A stretch of DNA of 64,000 bases from Chrysemys picta bellii (lineage: Eukaryota): the NCBI RefSeq assembly GCF_011386835.1, contig NC_088791.1:23374001-23438000 (forward strand), in the 5' to 3' direction. Below are positions 12,396 through 25,490 of this stretch, piece by piece. Numbering within the stretch: the first letter of the stretch is position 1; the number at the start of each line of letters is the position of its first letter. Made by a program: the position numbers and the translations under genes. The notes under the pieces were generated by a model. The model saw only the letters and a list, made by a program, of their open reading frames with translations, was not told the origin of the DNA and did not search any database.

Positions 12396-13319
12396 TGTCA
12401 GGTTCCACTCTGGCAAGTTGTCAGGTTCCACTCTCACCAAGTTCCACTCTGGCACTTTGAGTGCAGAAGGTGGGGGCCCGCAAGGATTCTAAAAATTAAA
12501 ACTTGCCACTCCAGGCTTGTATTAAACTCCCAAGGTTACAGCTTTTCTCTGACCTTGGCTTGGTAAATGCTGCCACCACTTAAATGCAAAAAAAAAAAAA
12601 AAAAAAAAAAAAAACCCCTTGGACCCAGGAAGGCGCACTTGGGAATTCCTCCCTGTGGGGTACCCTCAAGCCCTTTCCCACACACCCCCTCCAGGGAAGA
12701 GCTGAAAAAGAAAACAAAGGAAATTAGCTGTTACTACCAGCTAAACAAACAACATGCACAAACCTCTTAAAACACCAAAAATCCAATCCTGTTCTTAAAG
12801 AAGGTAAATTTTATTAAAAACAAAAAGAAAGAAAATACATCTGGAACTTAGGCTTTTCCTAGATTTTAAAAGAGCAATTCCAAAAATTAAGCACCCAAAA
12901 TAGCTTTTCTTGGGGGTTCAGTTTAAAGGTTACAACAAGTAAACAAAAGCATCAGGGTTTAGCACAGAGGAGTCCACAAGCCTTAAAAAATAAACAGAAA
13001 TAAACCTAATCACATCTTTCTAAACATTCCTAATTTATTTACATTACACAGCATTCCTGCTGCCCCATCTCTTCAGCCCAGAGAGAACAACAGACAAAGG
13101 GAAAGTTTCTTTACCAATTTTAAAAAGTTCTAGCCTTCCCATTGGCTCTTTTGGTCAGGTGCCCACTTTCTTTTCTTTACCTGGGGGACTTTTTAATCCT
13201 TTACAAGTAAAGCAAGTAGAGAACAGCTACCAAGAGGGATTTTACAGCTAACTGGCTGGCTGGGTGTCCATCAAAGGGAGCTTCCCCCCCCCCCCCCCAC
13301 ACACACTTCATTTATCACA
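12396..13319 (-). mobile_element. Solo LTR (family B)
   Basis: TGTCA...TCACA termini, 5-bp TSD GGAGT; orientation inferred from TTTATT at 12810; internal A27 run. Confidence 0.85.
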
Positions 13320-13689
13320 GGAGTCCTTGGCTATCATGAAAGAATTTAGTTTCCCAGCAATAGCAATGCTTCAGAAGAAATCTGTTTATCTTTGATTAAG
13401 AGGGTAGAATGGGGGGAAATGCATTCACAAAGCTACTAGGTATTCAGAGATTACTCAGATGGGTGCAGTATAAAATTGTAGATAGAACATTTGCTAAATC
13501 TCACTCACAATTCAATCCATCCATTATCATTGTGTTCCCTTTTTCCATGAATATTCAAGCAACTAGGATTTTTGTTCCCATAAATGTTTAGGAAGGAGTT
13601 TTTGTTCCTATAAATACAGGTATTCATGTACAAACAAACCTGCATATGCTTAGAGCATCTCCATGCTAGAAGTTCTATCTACACATACA

Positions 13690-13950
13690 AACTATGTTAA
13701 AAGAACATTATTAAGACTTAGGGAAATCGGGAAGCAGGCCTTGTGCAAGCAGCAGAATGGTCTCTCCCTTAGAAATGCTCTGCATGTGCTTTTGCCCAAA
13801 ACGTGGAACCAGGTGACTGCCATGGGTCTCTCCCTTGGATGCCTGCTAAACAGCAGGCCCCTCCCCTCGTTCACAGGGGAGATCACCTCATGAGCTACAT
13901 GACACTGCAGGGCCAAACCAAACATTGATGCATCAGTGGCAGTCACGCCT
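13690..13950 (-). mobile_element. Possible degraded retroelement RNase H remnant
   Basis: Minus ORF contains TDASMFGL...FSRHPRE...RAFLRERPF, loosely like Gypsy/DIRS RNase H TDAS motif; spacing imperfect. Confidence 0.25.
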
Positions 13951-15853
13951 TCCCATTCTTCTCCCTCTCCCTGGCCACCCCCTCTCGGGGAGGCTGCTGC
14001 TCTACAAGCACCAGGGAAAGGAAGGCATGGCCAGTCCTTCCCTCATCATGCCCAGAGACTCCTGCCATATAGAGGTTTTCTGCTCTGTGGTGCTCCAAGG
14101 GATGAGAACAGGGAGAAGGAGCCTTCACGCCACTTTCTGCCCCAGGGAGTAAGTGGTAGAGGATGCTGCCTACCTGCCTGTACAGTCAGATTGTACAAGT
14201 ACCACCTGGTGGATAACAGCAAGGGGATGGCACAGCCTCCAGGTTTATAGTACTATCTCGGAGGACCAGGAGACCTTGTTCTGAAGCTCAGTTTGCAGCA
14301 GCACGTTTGTGGGAAGCTGGTTAGAATTCTGCTCCACCACCAACCCCAGACCAATGGCTACTTCTTCAATCTCAGGGATCCAATACCTTCCGCAGCACTT
14401 GAACCCTCATTACAAGTAGGAGTTACTGGTGATGTAGTCACAGGTCCTCTCATCCCGCCCAATATTCAAACCCACCAGCACACTGGGACATAGGAAGTCC
14501 TCACAGAGGAGAGTTCAGTGACACTCAGGGTATGTAGGTCCTCCCCTCCCTGTAAACCACAGCTGAACTTGGACAGGACAAAAGAGCTAGGTTGCTTCTG
14601 GAACCCTCTATAGCCGCAGAGTATGGGACAGGATCCGCTGTTTAGTTCCTTTAAAGTGTAGCTAGGCTTTTCTCTGTAGGCATTTTTCACAGGAAAGAGT
14701 TTTAAATATTTATCCATGTTATGTAAACAATGGAACAGCAGCGGTTATTCACAGTGGGACATGTGATTTCAGTCCGGCATAAAACTAAATAACTTATTTC
14801 CTAAATAATTCATCCTCTAAGGCTCTCTGCTACCAACTAAGGTATTTTTCTGCTTGTGTGCATTGAGGATATAAATCCCAGGTCATATAAACATTTTAGA
14901 GTGCTGTCAGCCAAAGGTGAGGGCTAGGGTAAAGCTGTTTGGTGGCCATAGATATCCCTTAATCATCTCAATATGTTTTATTTCTGCCATTTCAAGGTAT
15001 GAGCCTTTGTCCAGATCTAATAAACAGAAAAGGCTACAGTATATCATACAGCACTTCTGCCATAGTTTCTGAGGACATATAACAGTTACATTAGAGCTGT
15101 CCCACCCAATATAGAATGTTTTTCAACTATCCTAGTAGTTTTGCAGTTTCATGGAAAAAGTGAGTAAAATGGTTAATGTTCTTATGCTGAAATAGTGTAA
15201 AAGTGTGAGTCTCTCTGTATAGACAGTTTATTTATATTTTATAGGGTTATTTGCAGGTACTAGTCAAATATACATTTAGTGTTAAGATATTAAGTTTGGT
15301 GGTTTTAGATACAGATAACGTAGATGCACAGGAACCTAGTGCAGAATTGTTATGAAGGCACTGGGGCAATACTGTTACACACTGCTGAGTTTTTAATATG
15401 GCTAATTCATTCAGTTAGGTAGTACATGTGCATTTGGTGAAGAATGTAATATGCAGGTAGAAATGCTGCCATTATTTATTTAGGCCCCTCCATCAAATCT
15501 CTCCTTGAAGGCCTGAAACACCTCTAAAAACTGAACCAGCCAAGAGCTGGTTGCAGGGTAATTGGGAATAGTCTCTGGATCTGAAGTGCACTGAAGTCAG
15601 TAGAAGCTTTTCCACTGCCATATCTTTCAGTGTGTATGTGAACGGTTTTTTGGATTTAGGAATTAGGATTTTATGTATGTGGGATTAATACGTTTAGCTC
15701 TATGGGCAGTTCCAGATCATGTATTTTAAGGGACTGTTACCTGGACTTTATACCAAAATTTCACAACTCTCATGATCAACACGAGGTAATTCCTGCGCTC
15801 AGGTATGGTCAGATTCTAGCCTTTCACTCCCATGGAGTTGTACCTTATTCAGT

Positions 15854-16766
15854 GGGTATGTCTACACTTCACACTCCTTTCAGCAGTATGCAGAGTACAT
15901 ACACTGCACTGCCTAGAGTGGGTATAAATAGCAGTGTAGACTGTGAGGTATTGTTTTGGCAAGTAGAGTAAAAACACACTTAAACCCTTTGGGTATGTGC
16001 TCTACACAGCCCTCTACATACCCAAGCCGTGCCTCCCTTGTCTACACTGCTATTTTTAGCGGCATAGTATCCTGCTGCCGGAGCCTTTCCCTGCCACAGT
16101 GAAAGACTGCTGGCATCCTTTCCTGCTGCTTTCCCACCAGGGCCGGCTCTAGGATTTTTGCCGCCCCAAGCAAAAACAATTTTGGCCGCCCTCCCGCCCC
16201 CGTTTTTTTCTTACCCCACCCCAGGCCCCGCCTCAACTCCACCCCTTCCCCAAATCCCCAGCCCTGCCTCCTCCCCCCAGGCTCTCAAGCCTAAGAGGGA
16301 GAAGCAGCGCGAGCGCCGCGGCCTCTCAGGATCTCCCCCTCCCTCCCAGGCTCTCAAACCTGGGAGGGAGGGGGAGCAGCGGTGCACGAATCAGCTGTTT
16401 CGCGCGCCACGGCCACTTGGGATCTCCCCCTCCCTCCCAGGTTTGAGAGCCTGGGAGGGAGGGCGAGCAGCAGCGCGTGAATCAGCTGTTTCGCGTGCTG
16501 TGGCGCACAAGCGGCAACAGCGGAGCTGAGCTAGGGCGGCTGGGGCACATTTTTAGGGGCGGCATGGCCGGCGCCAGAATGCCGCCCCTAGAAATGTGCT
16601 GCCCCAAGCACCAGCTTGTTTTGCTGGTGCCTAGAGCCGGCCCTGTTTCCCACTGCCAGAGCCTTTCACTGACCTGTGTAGCTACACAGCAGCCTGCTTT
16701 TCACTGCAGAGGGTAGCTACATATACCTTACACACCACTGCCAGTGGGGTGCAGTGTAGACATAGT
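15854..16766. mobile_element. PIF/Harbinger-type non-autonomous element with nested hAT MITE
   Basis: Termini gggtatgtctacact / agtgtagacatag; several internal gtctacac/gtgtagac copies. Confidence 0.75.
16138..16645. mobile_element. hAT MITE nested in Harbinger MITE
   Basis: TIRs cagggccggctc / gagccggccctg, 8-bp TSD TTTCCCAC; internal tandem hairpin units. Confidence 0.92.
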
Positions 16767-17394
16767 TTATGAGTCGGCTCATTGGTTTCAGTAGTGAAGC
16801 TGCTCAGGAATTTTTCAACCAAATGTGTGACATTTTCAAAATGAAAATTCTAGGTTTCCAGTTCAAGCCGACTTTTTGTTTTGAAATTTCAGCTCATTAT
16901 AGTAAAAAAAATGTGAATGAAAAATGGTTGAAATCTAAACAAAATGTTTTGATTGACTAGAACTAATTTTTTTGGTCGTCAGTGAAAATTTTCAAGATTT
17001 TAACATTTCACACTGATTCAGGCTCGAAAATGTTTCATAATCCCAAAAATTTTTCATGGGATGGAAAAAACATTTCCCACCCATCTTTATTCAGTAGGAC
17101 TGCTTGTGGAGTAAGGATGGTGGACTATAGCACTAGAAATCACTTTAATACTGGATTAACAGGTGATGAAATACTATATCCAACTGCATAGATATTCATC
17201 TCTGCTAACTCCATAGCCTAGTGAGGAGGCTAGATAAACTGTCAATCAAATTCTTCTAGGTTAAGATGAATAGATAACTCTGAGGTTCTATAGTTCTAGT
17301 TATCACTGCAGTAAGTCTTGTCTGGGTTTTGTATTGGTCAAGGAAAAGTTATAGTCCCTAGCAATATGTGCTAATTACTTACACCAACCAATCT

Positions 17395-17535
17395 GTTCCA
17401 CCTTGCCTTTTGCTGTGACGCTGGCAGTACCTTTCCCAGACCTCAAGAAGAGTTCTGCGAAGCTCAAAAGCTTGTCTCTCTCACCAACAGAAGCTGGTCC
17501 AATAAAAGATATTACCTCGCCCATCTTGTCTCTCT
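17395..17535 (+). mobile_element. Penelope-like pLTR fragment (family 2) with degenerate hammerhead
   Basis: agac-CTCAAGA-a-gag...ctc-AAAA-gctt-gtct followed by ctcaccaacagaagctggtccaataaaagatattacc; related fragment at 20396. Confidence 0.7.
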
Positions 17536-17814
17536 AAGGAAAAGGAGAAAGGTAGGACTTAGCAGTTTTCCTCAGTCTTGTTGTTAGTAATCCAGGAGCT
17601 GTACATTTGAAGGCTGGATAGGGCAGAGGTCAGTCAGACCATAGCTTTCTCCTTTTGCTCAGATTAGTGATCCAAAGGCGTTTGCATTGCCTGTAAGAGA
17701 AGAAGGATCCACAGAAAGTTGGCCATTCCTCCATCCCATTTGTTTTATTTGTACACTTCTTTTGTTTTATTTTTATGCTTCTTTTATGGTGCTCTATTAT
17801 AATTAATTTAGCCT

Positions 17815-17990
17815 TATGCCACTCCTGTGTGTTAGGGAAGTATCATGCCCATTCTACATGTGAGGAATTGGAGTTGCAAATATGTGAAGTCTCTTGCCCT
17901 TGTTCACATAAGAAGTCTGGGGCAGAAGCAGGAATTGAACCTAGAGCTCCTGCTTCCTATTTCATGGACACAAGACCATCCCTCCTCTCT
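17815..17990 (-). mobile_element. MIR-like SINE remnant
   Basis: cccattctacatgtgaggaa...ggcagaagcaggaattgaacctag. Confidence 0.55.
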
Positions 17991-18098
17991 TATGACTTAA
18001 CTTTTTCCACTATATTTGACATTTGAGGCAGCACATCTTTTACAACCTCTCTTTTTTAATCTTCTGAAGCTTTATAGAATCACTCGCATTTCATATGT

Positions 18099-18861
18099 TG
18101 TAGTGAGGGGGCGTGGCCTCTCTCTCAGACTGGAGGGGGGAAACCACTCTCCACCCCATGGTGGGTGGAGCCAGGCAAGCCATGCTCCCTCCTCCCTCAC
18201 TGGAAGCAGAGGGGCAGGACAGGAAGTTTAAAAGGTGGTCCCTGCAGCTCAGTTTTCTGAGAGCCAGAAAAGGAAGCAGATGTGTCTCTCCTGCTGCTGA
18301 ACCCTGCACCCGAGATGGAGCTCTGCTATGCCAAGGACCCAGAGGAGGTGCCAGGACTGCTGACCGACCAGGACCTGGAGAAGCTACTGGGGCTGCTGCT
18401 GGCTGTGTGCCCCAGGGAGATGGAGGAATCCCTGGAAACAGGTACACTCAGAAGAGGTAGTAGGAAGTAGCCCAGGAACACCCGACAGTAGTCTGGTTGT
18501 GTTGCCAGAGTTCAGGTCAGTGTGTTTCAGTAGGATCCCCGATGACCCATTGGCTGGAACCCTGTGGAGTGGGGTGGGCCTGAGACCTCCCACTCCCTTT
18601 GGCCACCCCACCCCTAGCCCCTTAAGCCAAGAGGCCTGCATTTGTCTGCTGTCTGAGCCAGGAGGCTAAGCGAAAGACTTCTTACTGCTCTTTGTGTTGC
18701 AGAGAGTCAGATCCCTGTAACCTGCTTGTTGCTCTGCCCTGCCCTGAGGGCCAGAGCCCCTTAGATTTCTAATTCCCCATTGAGCATTGCATTTATAGAC
18801 ACAGCAGTGAGGGTGTGTGACCTCCCTCTGAGATGGGTAGGACTGGCTATGGACCCCTACA
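18099..18861 (+). mobile_element. Solo LTR (family C)
   Basis: TGTAG...CTACA termini, TSD TATGT/TACGT. Confidence 0.8.
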
Positions 18862-20395
18862 TACGTATCATATAAAATAGTTGAACTGCATAAAGCTAGC
18901 TATGCCCGATCGGGGGAGGGAGGGGAAGGGAGACACATATAGAACTACATAAGGTGCTCTGCTACCCTATGCTATTTGATGTATTATGCAATCAAAACAT
19001 GATGGGAAAAGCTAACCCAGGCCCCAAACCTCAGGCATAAAAAAGGAAAGGGACACAACACAACTATTCTTATAAAAAGTGTGTAGTTTTTTTTCTTTTT
19101 CTCCTTCTTGTGGTTTTTCAGCATACAATCAGCCCTTCCCAAAAGGCTTGAACCACTAAACAAAGAAATTGGAAGAGCTCTTGGTTAAATAAAACACATG
19201 CAGAGATATTTATAGGTCTTTGCATTTTGATCTTCTTCTTCTAAGTTAACATAACAGATGTTGTGTGAAATTCTCATTGACATAGACGTACTGAAGTGAA
19301 AGTGACACCACATCTGTTATTCAGCAAAGCAAATAAATACAGTCCTGAATTGGGACCACCTATTGTACAGTGCTAATACTTCATGTCTTCTTTAGATGGA
19401 TAGTCCAAACTACTTCATCTGTTGGCAGTGGATAGATGAACCAAAAGAAGTAAACCATCCTTTGTTCAAATAGGCTGGTAAGGGCCCCAATGTTAATAAA
19501 TCCAGCTCTTGCTTGTCATTTTATAGCTTAATTCACCATTAAAGGTCAAATTCTCTGCTATGTAAATGGGCCAAGACTTTCCACCCATTCACCACCCCTC
19601 TTTGCCCACTCTCCTGCTCTATAGAGGAACTGAACAGCCACACAGCACCTCCTTTTTTCTGTGCACACAGCTTCCACCATCCAGATAGCCCATGTAGGGG
19701 TTTCAGGGCCGGATCCAAAGCACAGTGAAATCAATGGAAAGCCCTAATAGTATTCTTATTCCCCCTTGCTGCCCTATGTGAACATGTAGGCCAAAAGACT
19801 GTCAAGCCTGCATGGCTTTGCAGGATCGGGCCCATAAAAAGTATTGGCCACAAGATAAATGCTGTTGAAAAGTAATTTTTATTTGCACATGCCAGATTTT
19901 TATATGCTCTGACAAGTTTTTGATTTGTTCGCTAAAAATAAGAATCCAATATATTGGCTAAAAGAACTGTCACTTTAGACAGTCCACATTGAAATTGTAT
20001 CTGTTTACAAATAATATAGCTCTTCGTAAAATAAAGCCTGCTGCTCAGACCAAACAAGTAATTTTACAGATGTTTCAGCCTATCACATTTCCCCATGGCA
20101 TGGCTGATTTCACATAAGATAGAGATCAATTTCAGAACTTGGTCTCCTCGGGGGAATAGCTGTCCAATCTGTTACTTGTGTATGATTGCAATTTGCTTAC
20201 GCTGAACTATAATTAAAATCTAGAATTCTGCATTCCCTTCAACTTTCTAGGCTTAAGTTTCTCAGATTCATTTGATATGAGTGGAATAAAACCAGATATA
20301 AATAATATTGGAAAATTGTAGGAGGTGGTTGAAATGGCAAAAGTGTCAGCTTTATCAGCAGATTTTTCTCTTCCTTTACAATACGTGTGCAATAT

Positions 20396-20495
20396 TGTTA
20401 TAGCTGTGTTGGTCCCAGGATATTGGAAAGCTTGTCTCTCTCACCAACAGAAGTTGGTCCAATAAAAAGATATTACCTCACCCACCTTATTTCTC
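20396..20495. mobile_element. Penelope-like pLTR fragment (family 2), junction of inverted and direct pieces
   Basis: tgttatagctgtgttggtcccaggatatt joined to gaaagcttgtctctctcaccaacagaagttggtccaataaaaagatattacctcacccacc, near-identical to 17467-17525. Confidence 0.7.
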
Positions 20496-21060
20496 TTATA
20501 ATACATAGCAAGCAGATTTTATTGGTAAGAATTTTTCCTCCCCTCCTATCCCTTTAAAACTTAAGTTAATTAAGTTCATTTTGATACAAACAGACAGATA
20601 CCTTGTACTTTCTATTTTGCCTTTTATCCTAATGATCTCAAAGTACTTTAGGAACAGTGAGAGCCCAATTCTGCCTCCCTTTTTCAGACTAAATAGTATC
20701 TTACTACCATTCACTTCCCTTATACTGCTTGAACAGTCAAGTTCCACTCTGCCTGAGTATGGGTGGAAGAATCTGTCCCCTGTGTTTTATATTCAATAAT
20801 CCACTAGTCAATAATGATTCATTGCTAGTAATTTAATTTGTGTATATATCTCTATATCTATACTGTCAGCTGCCACCTCCTGAAGAGTCTATTCTCTCTC
20901 TTAAAGCCATAGTAACATCCCCCACTAATTAAGGCTCCAATCCTGCAAGTTACTTAAACACATTCTGAACTTTAAGTGAGAGTAATCAATTTTACTCACA
21001 TTTAAGGTTAAGCAAATGTCTAAATAATTTGCTGGATCAAGACCTTAAGTGTAACAACAG

Positions 21061-22187
21061 TGTGACACACTGCACCTCAAAATAACACCTGTGACCCCTA
21101 TATTCACCACATGTATATCATTTTGATATATTTTGTACAAAGCATGCCTTGTGAGGTATGATTTGAAAAGTCATAATGTGCTAAACATCATTGTCCTGTT
21201 TAAAATGTGTGTATCATCATTGCATATGAAGTTGTGAAGTTTTGCTATATGTATGTTACTGAAACATGTGAGTCTGGGGAATGCCCACAGATTAGCACCT
21301 TAGAAATGACAAAAGATTGTAAACAAAGGTCAGACAGGTCATCCCAAACAGTACCTACACAGAAGGTGCAAGCAAGAATTTGCAATTAGTATTAAGGACT
21401 CTTGGCAGAGCACATAGGCAGTGGGATTGCCTGACCCCATGATACAGCAAGGATTTTTCCAGCACAAGAAGTTGAGGTATAAAAAAGAAAACAACACACG
21501 AATTACCTCTCCTTTCCCACCCATTGAAGGCAATAAGATCCTTTGGAAAACAAAGACATCATTGAACTGGGGGGGGGGGGGGTCCTAACTGGAGAAGTTT
21601 TCCAGTTGGCACAGACGGCTGTAGGCTTTTGGGTAAGAGAAACCTTATTGTTTCAAATTTGACTTAGCTTGGTAAAGTATAGGAATTAGATTGTGATCTT
21701 ATCATTTTATTTCCTTTGGTAATTAATTCTGACCTTTTATGCCTGTATCACTTATCACATAAAATCAATCTTTCTGTAGTTAATAAACTTATTTTTTATG
21801 TTTTATCTAATCCAGTGTGATTGACTGAAGTGTTTGGGAAATCTCTGCTCAAATTAACAAAGGCTGGTGCATATCCATTATCCATTGATGGAATGGTGAA
21901 CTAATTAATGAGCTTACACTGAACGGGGGGGGGGGGGGGGGCTTTGAGCAGTGTAAGATGCACATTTCTGGGGTGCAAGGCTGGGGGGATTTGCGAGTGT
22001 CTCCTTCATATGGTTCATGAGTGGCTGTGAGAGCATTCATGTAATTGTGTTAGGTGTGCCTTCATATGCTAATGGCTGTCTGAGAGCAAAGCCTGGAGGG
22101 GCACTTTTTCACTAGCAGAGCAGGTATCTCAAGCTAGAGAGTTAAGAGGGCACAGCAATTCCACAGTTCAGATTGTACCCTGTCACA
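21061..22187 (+). mobile_element. Solo LTR (family D)
   Basis: TGTGAC...GTCACA termini, AATAAA at 21782; similar to 57448-58640; TSD not clean. Confidence 0.7.
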
Positions 22188-23363
22188 CATAGCTAAAATA
22201 GATAAGACATATAGGATCTGATCATTCAACACTTACTCATGCGAGTTACAGTCCCAATCAGGCTCAACTATTAGAAGTCTTATCTACTTCATAGCCGCAC
22301 AATTGAAAAGAAAACAATTCTAGCTTTGAACTTTAGCCCAGTCTAAGCAAAATGTAATATACCTATGTAATTCTGTAGCCTGATTACTGGATTGTAGAAT
22401 TCAAATAATATTTTACTATATAACTTTGACCCTCACTGGAAAGCCGACCCCTCTTGGTGGAACATGTGTGGTCCTGCACTGTTTAGACCAGCAAAAGAAT
22501 ACTGTATCCAAATCAAATGGCGGGGTGCGGGAGTTAGAAAAGCAATTTGGTCTGGGTCCACAAAGGGTCTTAGGAGTTGTAAAACTAAATGGTTTAGAGC
22601 TTAGCTGTGAGGAACCTAGAAAAATCTCAGGAACACCACTGTGATCGACAAAGCCTGAGTTGGGTGCCTAGGCTATGGGGGGGGGAGATAGGTACCTTAG
22701 AAAGTGATCCACAACAGCATGCTAGGCAGGGAGCTGCTGAAGCTAGTCAATGGGAGATGCCAACAAGAGGGTTGTGTTAAGCCTCTCCCCTCTTATGGAG
22801 ATAAGCAGCCTGGAGTTAGACACCAATCTCTGTGTAGCGATCCAGAAATTGGAACCCATCTCTTGGAGTCAGGCAGTTCAGGTCCCTAAGTCCTTTATTG
22901 CAGGAATCAGTTAGGCATCGGCCTCACACAAAATGGCTGAAGGAGGAGGCAGCTACAGTGATTCCCACCTCATAACGTTTAGCCCAATGGTTAGCACACT
23001 TGACTGGGATGTGGGAGACTTAAGTTCAATTCCCTGCTCTGCAAGAGGAGGGGCAAAGTAACACCTGAGATTAGTGCTCTAGCCACTGAGCTACAGGATA
23101 TTCTGATGGTGGGTGCCTCATTCTCTGTAGTTGAAGCTGTTCCACTCTAGATAAATAATAAAAGGACAATTTGTGCAAGAGGACTGGACCCTGCATCTCT
23201 ACAACTTCTGGGGTGGGCACCTAACAACCAGGTTACAGAGTCAAGTTTTCTTTCTCTCTGGCCAAATAACTATTTAAGTATGTACACACTTACACTTGTG
23301 GAATAGCCTCTAAAAGCATAGGTTACCAAGCAGCTGCTTGTTTTGATGACACCTAAAGGTGGC

Positions 23364-24078
23364 TGTGGTGGGGCGATGACTCACCAGCACAGCATCTCCT
23401 GCTGGTCATCCAGGGAATTAGCTCTTTTCCAGCTCTGGAGCACCCTCTGCCAGCTGATGTCTCACCTGCCACTGGCCCCCCATGTCCCTCCCAGGCCCCG
23501 GTGCCCTTTGCCCAGGGGTTCTGCCGCCAGCAGCAATCCACTGTCTCTGGGTCTCCCTCCCAGGGGAACCCCCGACCCCTATCCCCACCTTGCCTCAGTG
23601 ACTACTGCCAGTCTCCATCTAGCCCCTGCTCCCTGGGGCAGACTGCAGTCTGTAATGGTCACTCATCATTGGCAAGGGGAGGTTGGACCTGCAGCCTCTG
23701 CCTATACCTGGATTGCTCCTCTGCAATCCTGGTACCCTTTTGTGGGTCCTTAGCTCAGCCTGCAGCCTTGCTAGGGTGAAGATCCCCAGCTCCCTCTACC
23801 CTTCCCCAGCACTGCTCCACCCTAGGTACCCTCCTCAGCTTCCCAGGCAGCCAACTCCTTCTCTCTCCGAGAAGCTAGAGAGAGTGTGTCCTTCCAGCTC
23901 CTGTTCCACTGCCCTCTTATCAGGGCCAGCTGGGCCCTGATTGAGCTGCCCACACCTGTGGTCAGCAACATAATCAGCTTCCCCCAGCTGTTCTCACTCC
24001 CCTTATTTCCAGCCATAGCCCTCTCCAGGGCTGCTTTTAACCCCTTTTCTGCAGGAGTGGGGCAGCTGCCCCACTACA
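23364..24078 (-). mobile_element. Solo LTR (family E)
   Basis: TGTGGTGGGG...CCCCACTACA inverted termini, 5-bp TSD GTGGC. Confidence 0.85.
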
Positions 24079-24589
24079 GTGGCCCTCTTTATACTACTGG
24101 ATTTGTATGGTTTGCCAGGGCATGAATTCATTTCAAGTCACTTTATTCACATGCTGTTTAAATTCAGCCTTCCCCAAAAGTAAAAAAGAGATTCTCAAGA
24201 AGTCCAAGTAAATTTACAATCTAGCTGCTGCTCCAGTCAGGGAGTAAATATTTGCAGCTATACATGAAACATGCCTGACAGTCTCAGGGCCTGAGTGCCA
24301 AGTTCTGAAAGGCATCTTTTCTGTGGCTGACTTAATAGCTGCCTATGCTAGCATCTGACTCTGGGGTTGTCTCGGAGCAAATATTTGGGGCTTGGCATAA
24401 ATACTTTGCTTTTCCCTTGCTGGATGTTATGTTTGTTCTGAATGATTCCAAGGAATGTTAGTGTAGTACAAAAATGTCTGGGGATAAGATCTTTCTCTAG
24501 AATCTGTATGAGAGCCATCTACGGCATCCCCAGATGGTTAATATTTTGTCCATTTTTCTAGTGGACAAGCATATCTAGCTAATGTATTT

Positions 24590-25490
24590 AGTATTTACGT
24601 GTATTCTTATTACTTAACTAGTTATAGAGGTATAAAAGAAAGAAAGAATCAAAATCACTTTCTGTATGTGTAAGGGCCTTCTCTTCTGTAACAGTCTGAG
24701 GCCTGGTTCTTAGGCTAAGGCCTTCGGCTAAGCAGCAGAGGCAGCCATAAACTGGGAAGTGAACGGTCACATTCTCACATTCCAAACTAGTCACATGGAA
24801 ATGAGGTGCTATTGGGCTGTTGGGAATACAATTCTGTCCTAATATTCCTGTCACCTTCAGAGAAAGGAAAGAGCCTAGAACATGTAAAAAAAAAATTAGT
24901 TTGATAGTTTTCTGTCTGCTAAAACTCACTTATCAATAGACACAGCTGGAAAACCCTTATGTCTGTATAGATGTAGTTGTGAAATCCTCACTTTTGTATT
25001 GTTTTGTATGTTTATTTGCATGGTCTCTGTCTGGTTCTGTAATTGTTTCTGTCTGCTGTATAATTAATTTTGTTGGGTGTAAACCAATTAAGGTGGTGGA
25101 ATATAATTGGTTAAATAACCATGTTACAGTATGTTAAAATTGGTCAGTTAAATTTCAGTAAAATTATTGATTAAGGTATAGCTAAGCAGAACTCAAGTTT
25201 TACTATATAGTCTGCAGTCAATCAGGAAGTAAGGGGGGAATGGGAACAGGGAATGGGGGTGGGGAAATTGGAATCATGTTTTGCTAAGGGGGAAATGGGA
25301 ACAGGGATGGCTCTGTGGTGTCAAAGCTGGGAAGGGGGACACTAAGAAAGGAAACTGGAATCATGCTTGCTGGAAGTTCACCCCAATAAACATCAAATTG
25401 TTTGTGCCTTTGGACTTCGGGTATTGTTGCTCTCTGTTCATGCAAGAAGGACCAGGGAAGTGAGAAGGTAAAGGAATAAGCCCCCTAACA
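24590..25490 (+). mobile_element. Solo LTR (family A), 5' end not recognisable
   Basis: Colinear with 955-1780, same 3' terminus ggaataagcccyctaaca. Confidence 0.85.

Noticed and set aside
18282-18470. Protein-like ORF MELCYAKDPEEVPGLL...
   Set aside because: Internal to a solo LTR, short, and no recognisable domain.
908-25490. Two same-family, same-strand LTRs as ends of one provirus
   Set aside because: The first has its own TSD, and the 23 kb between them shows no gag/pol of that element.
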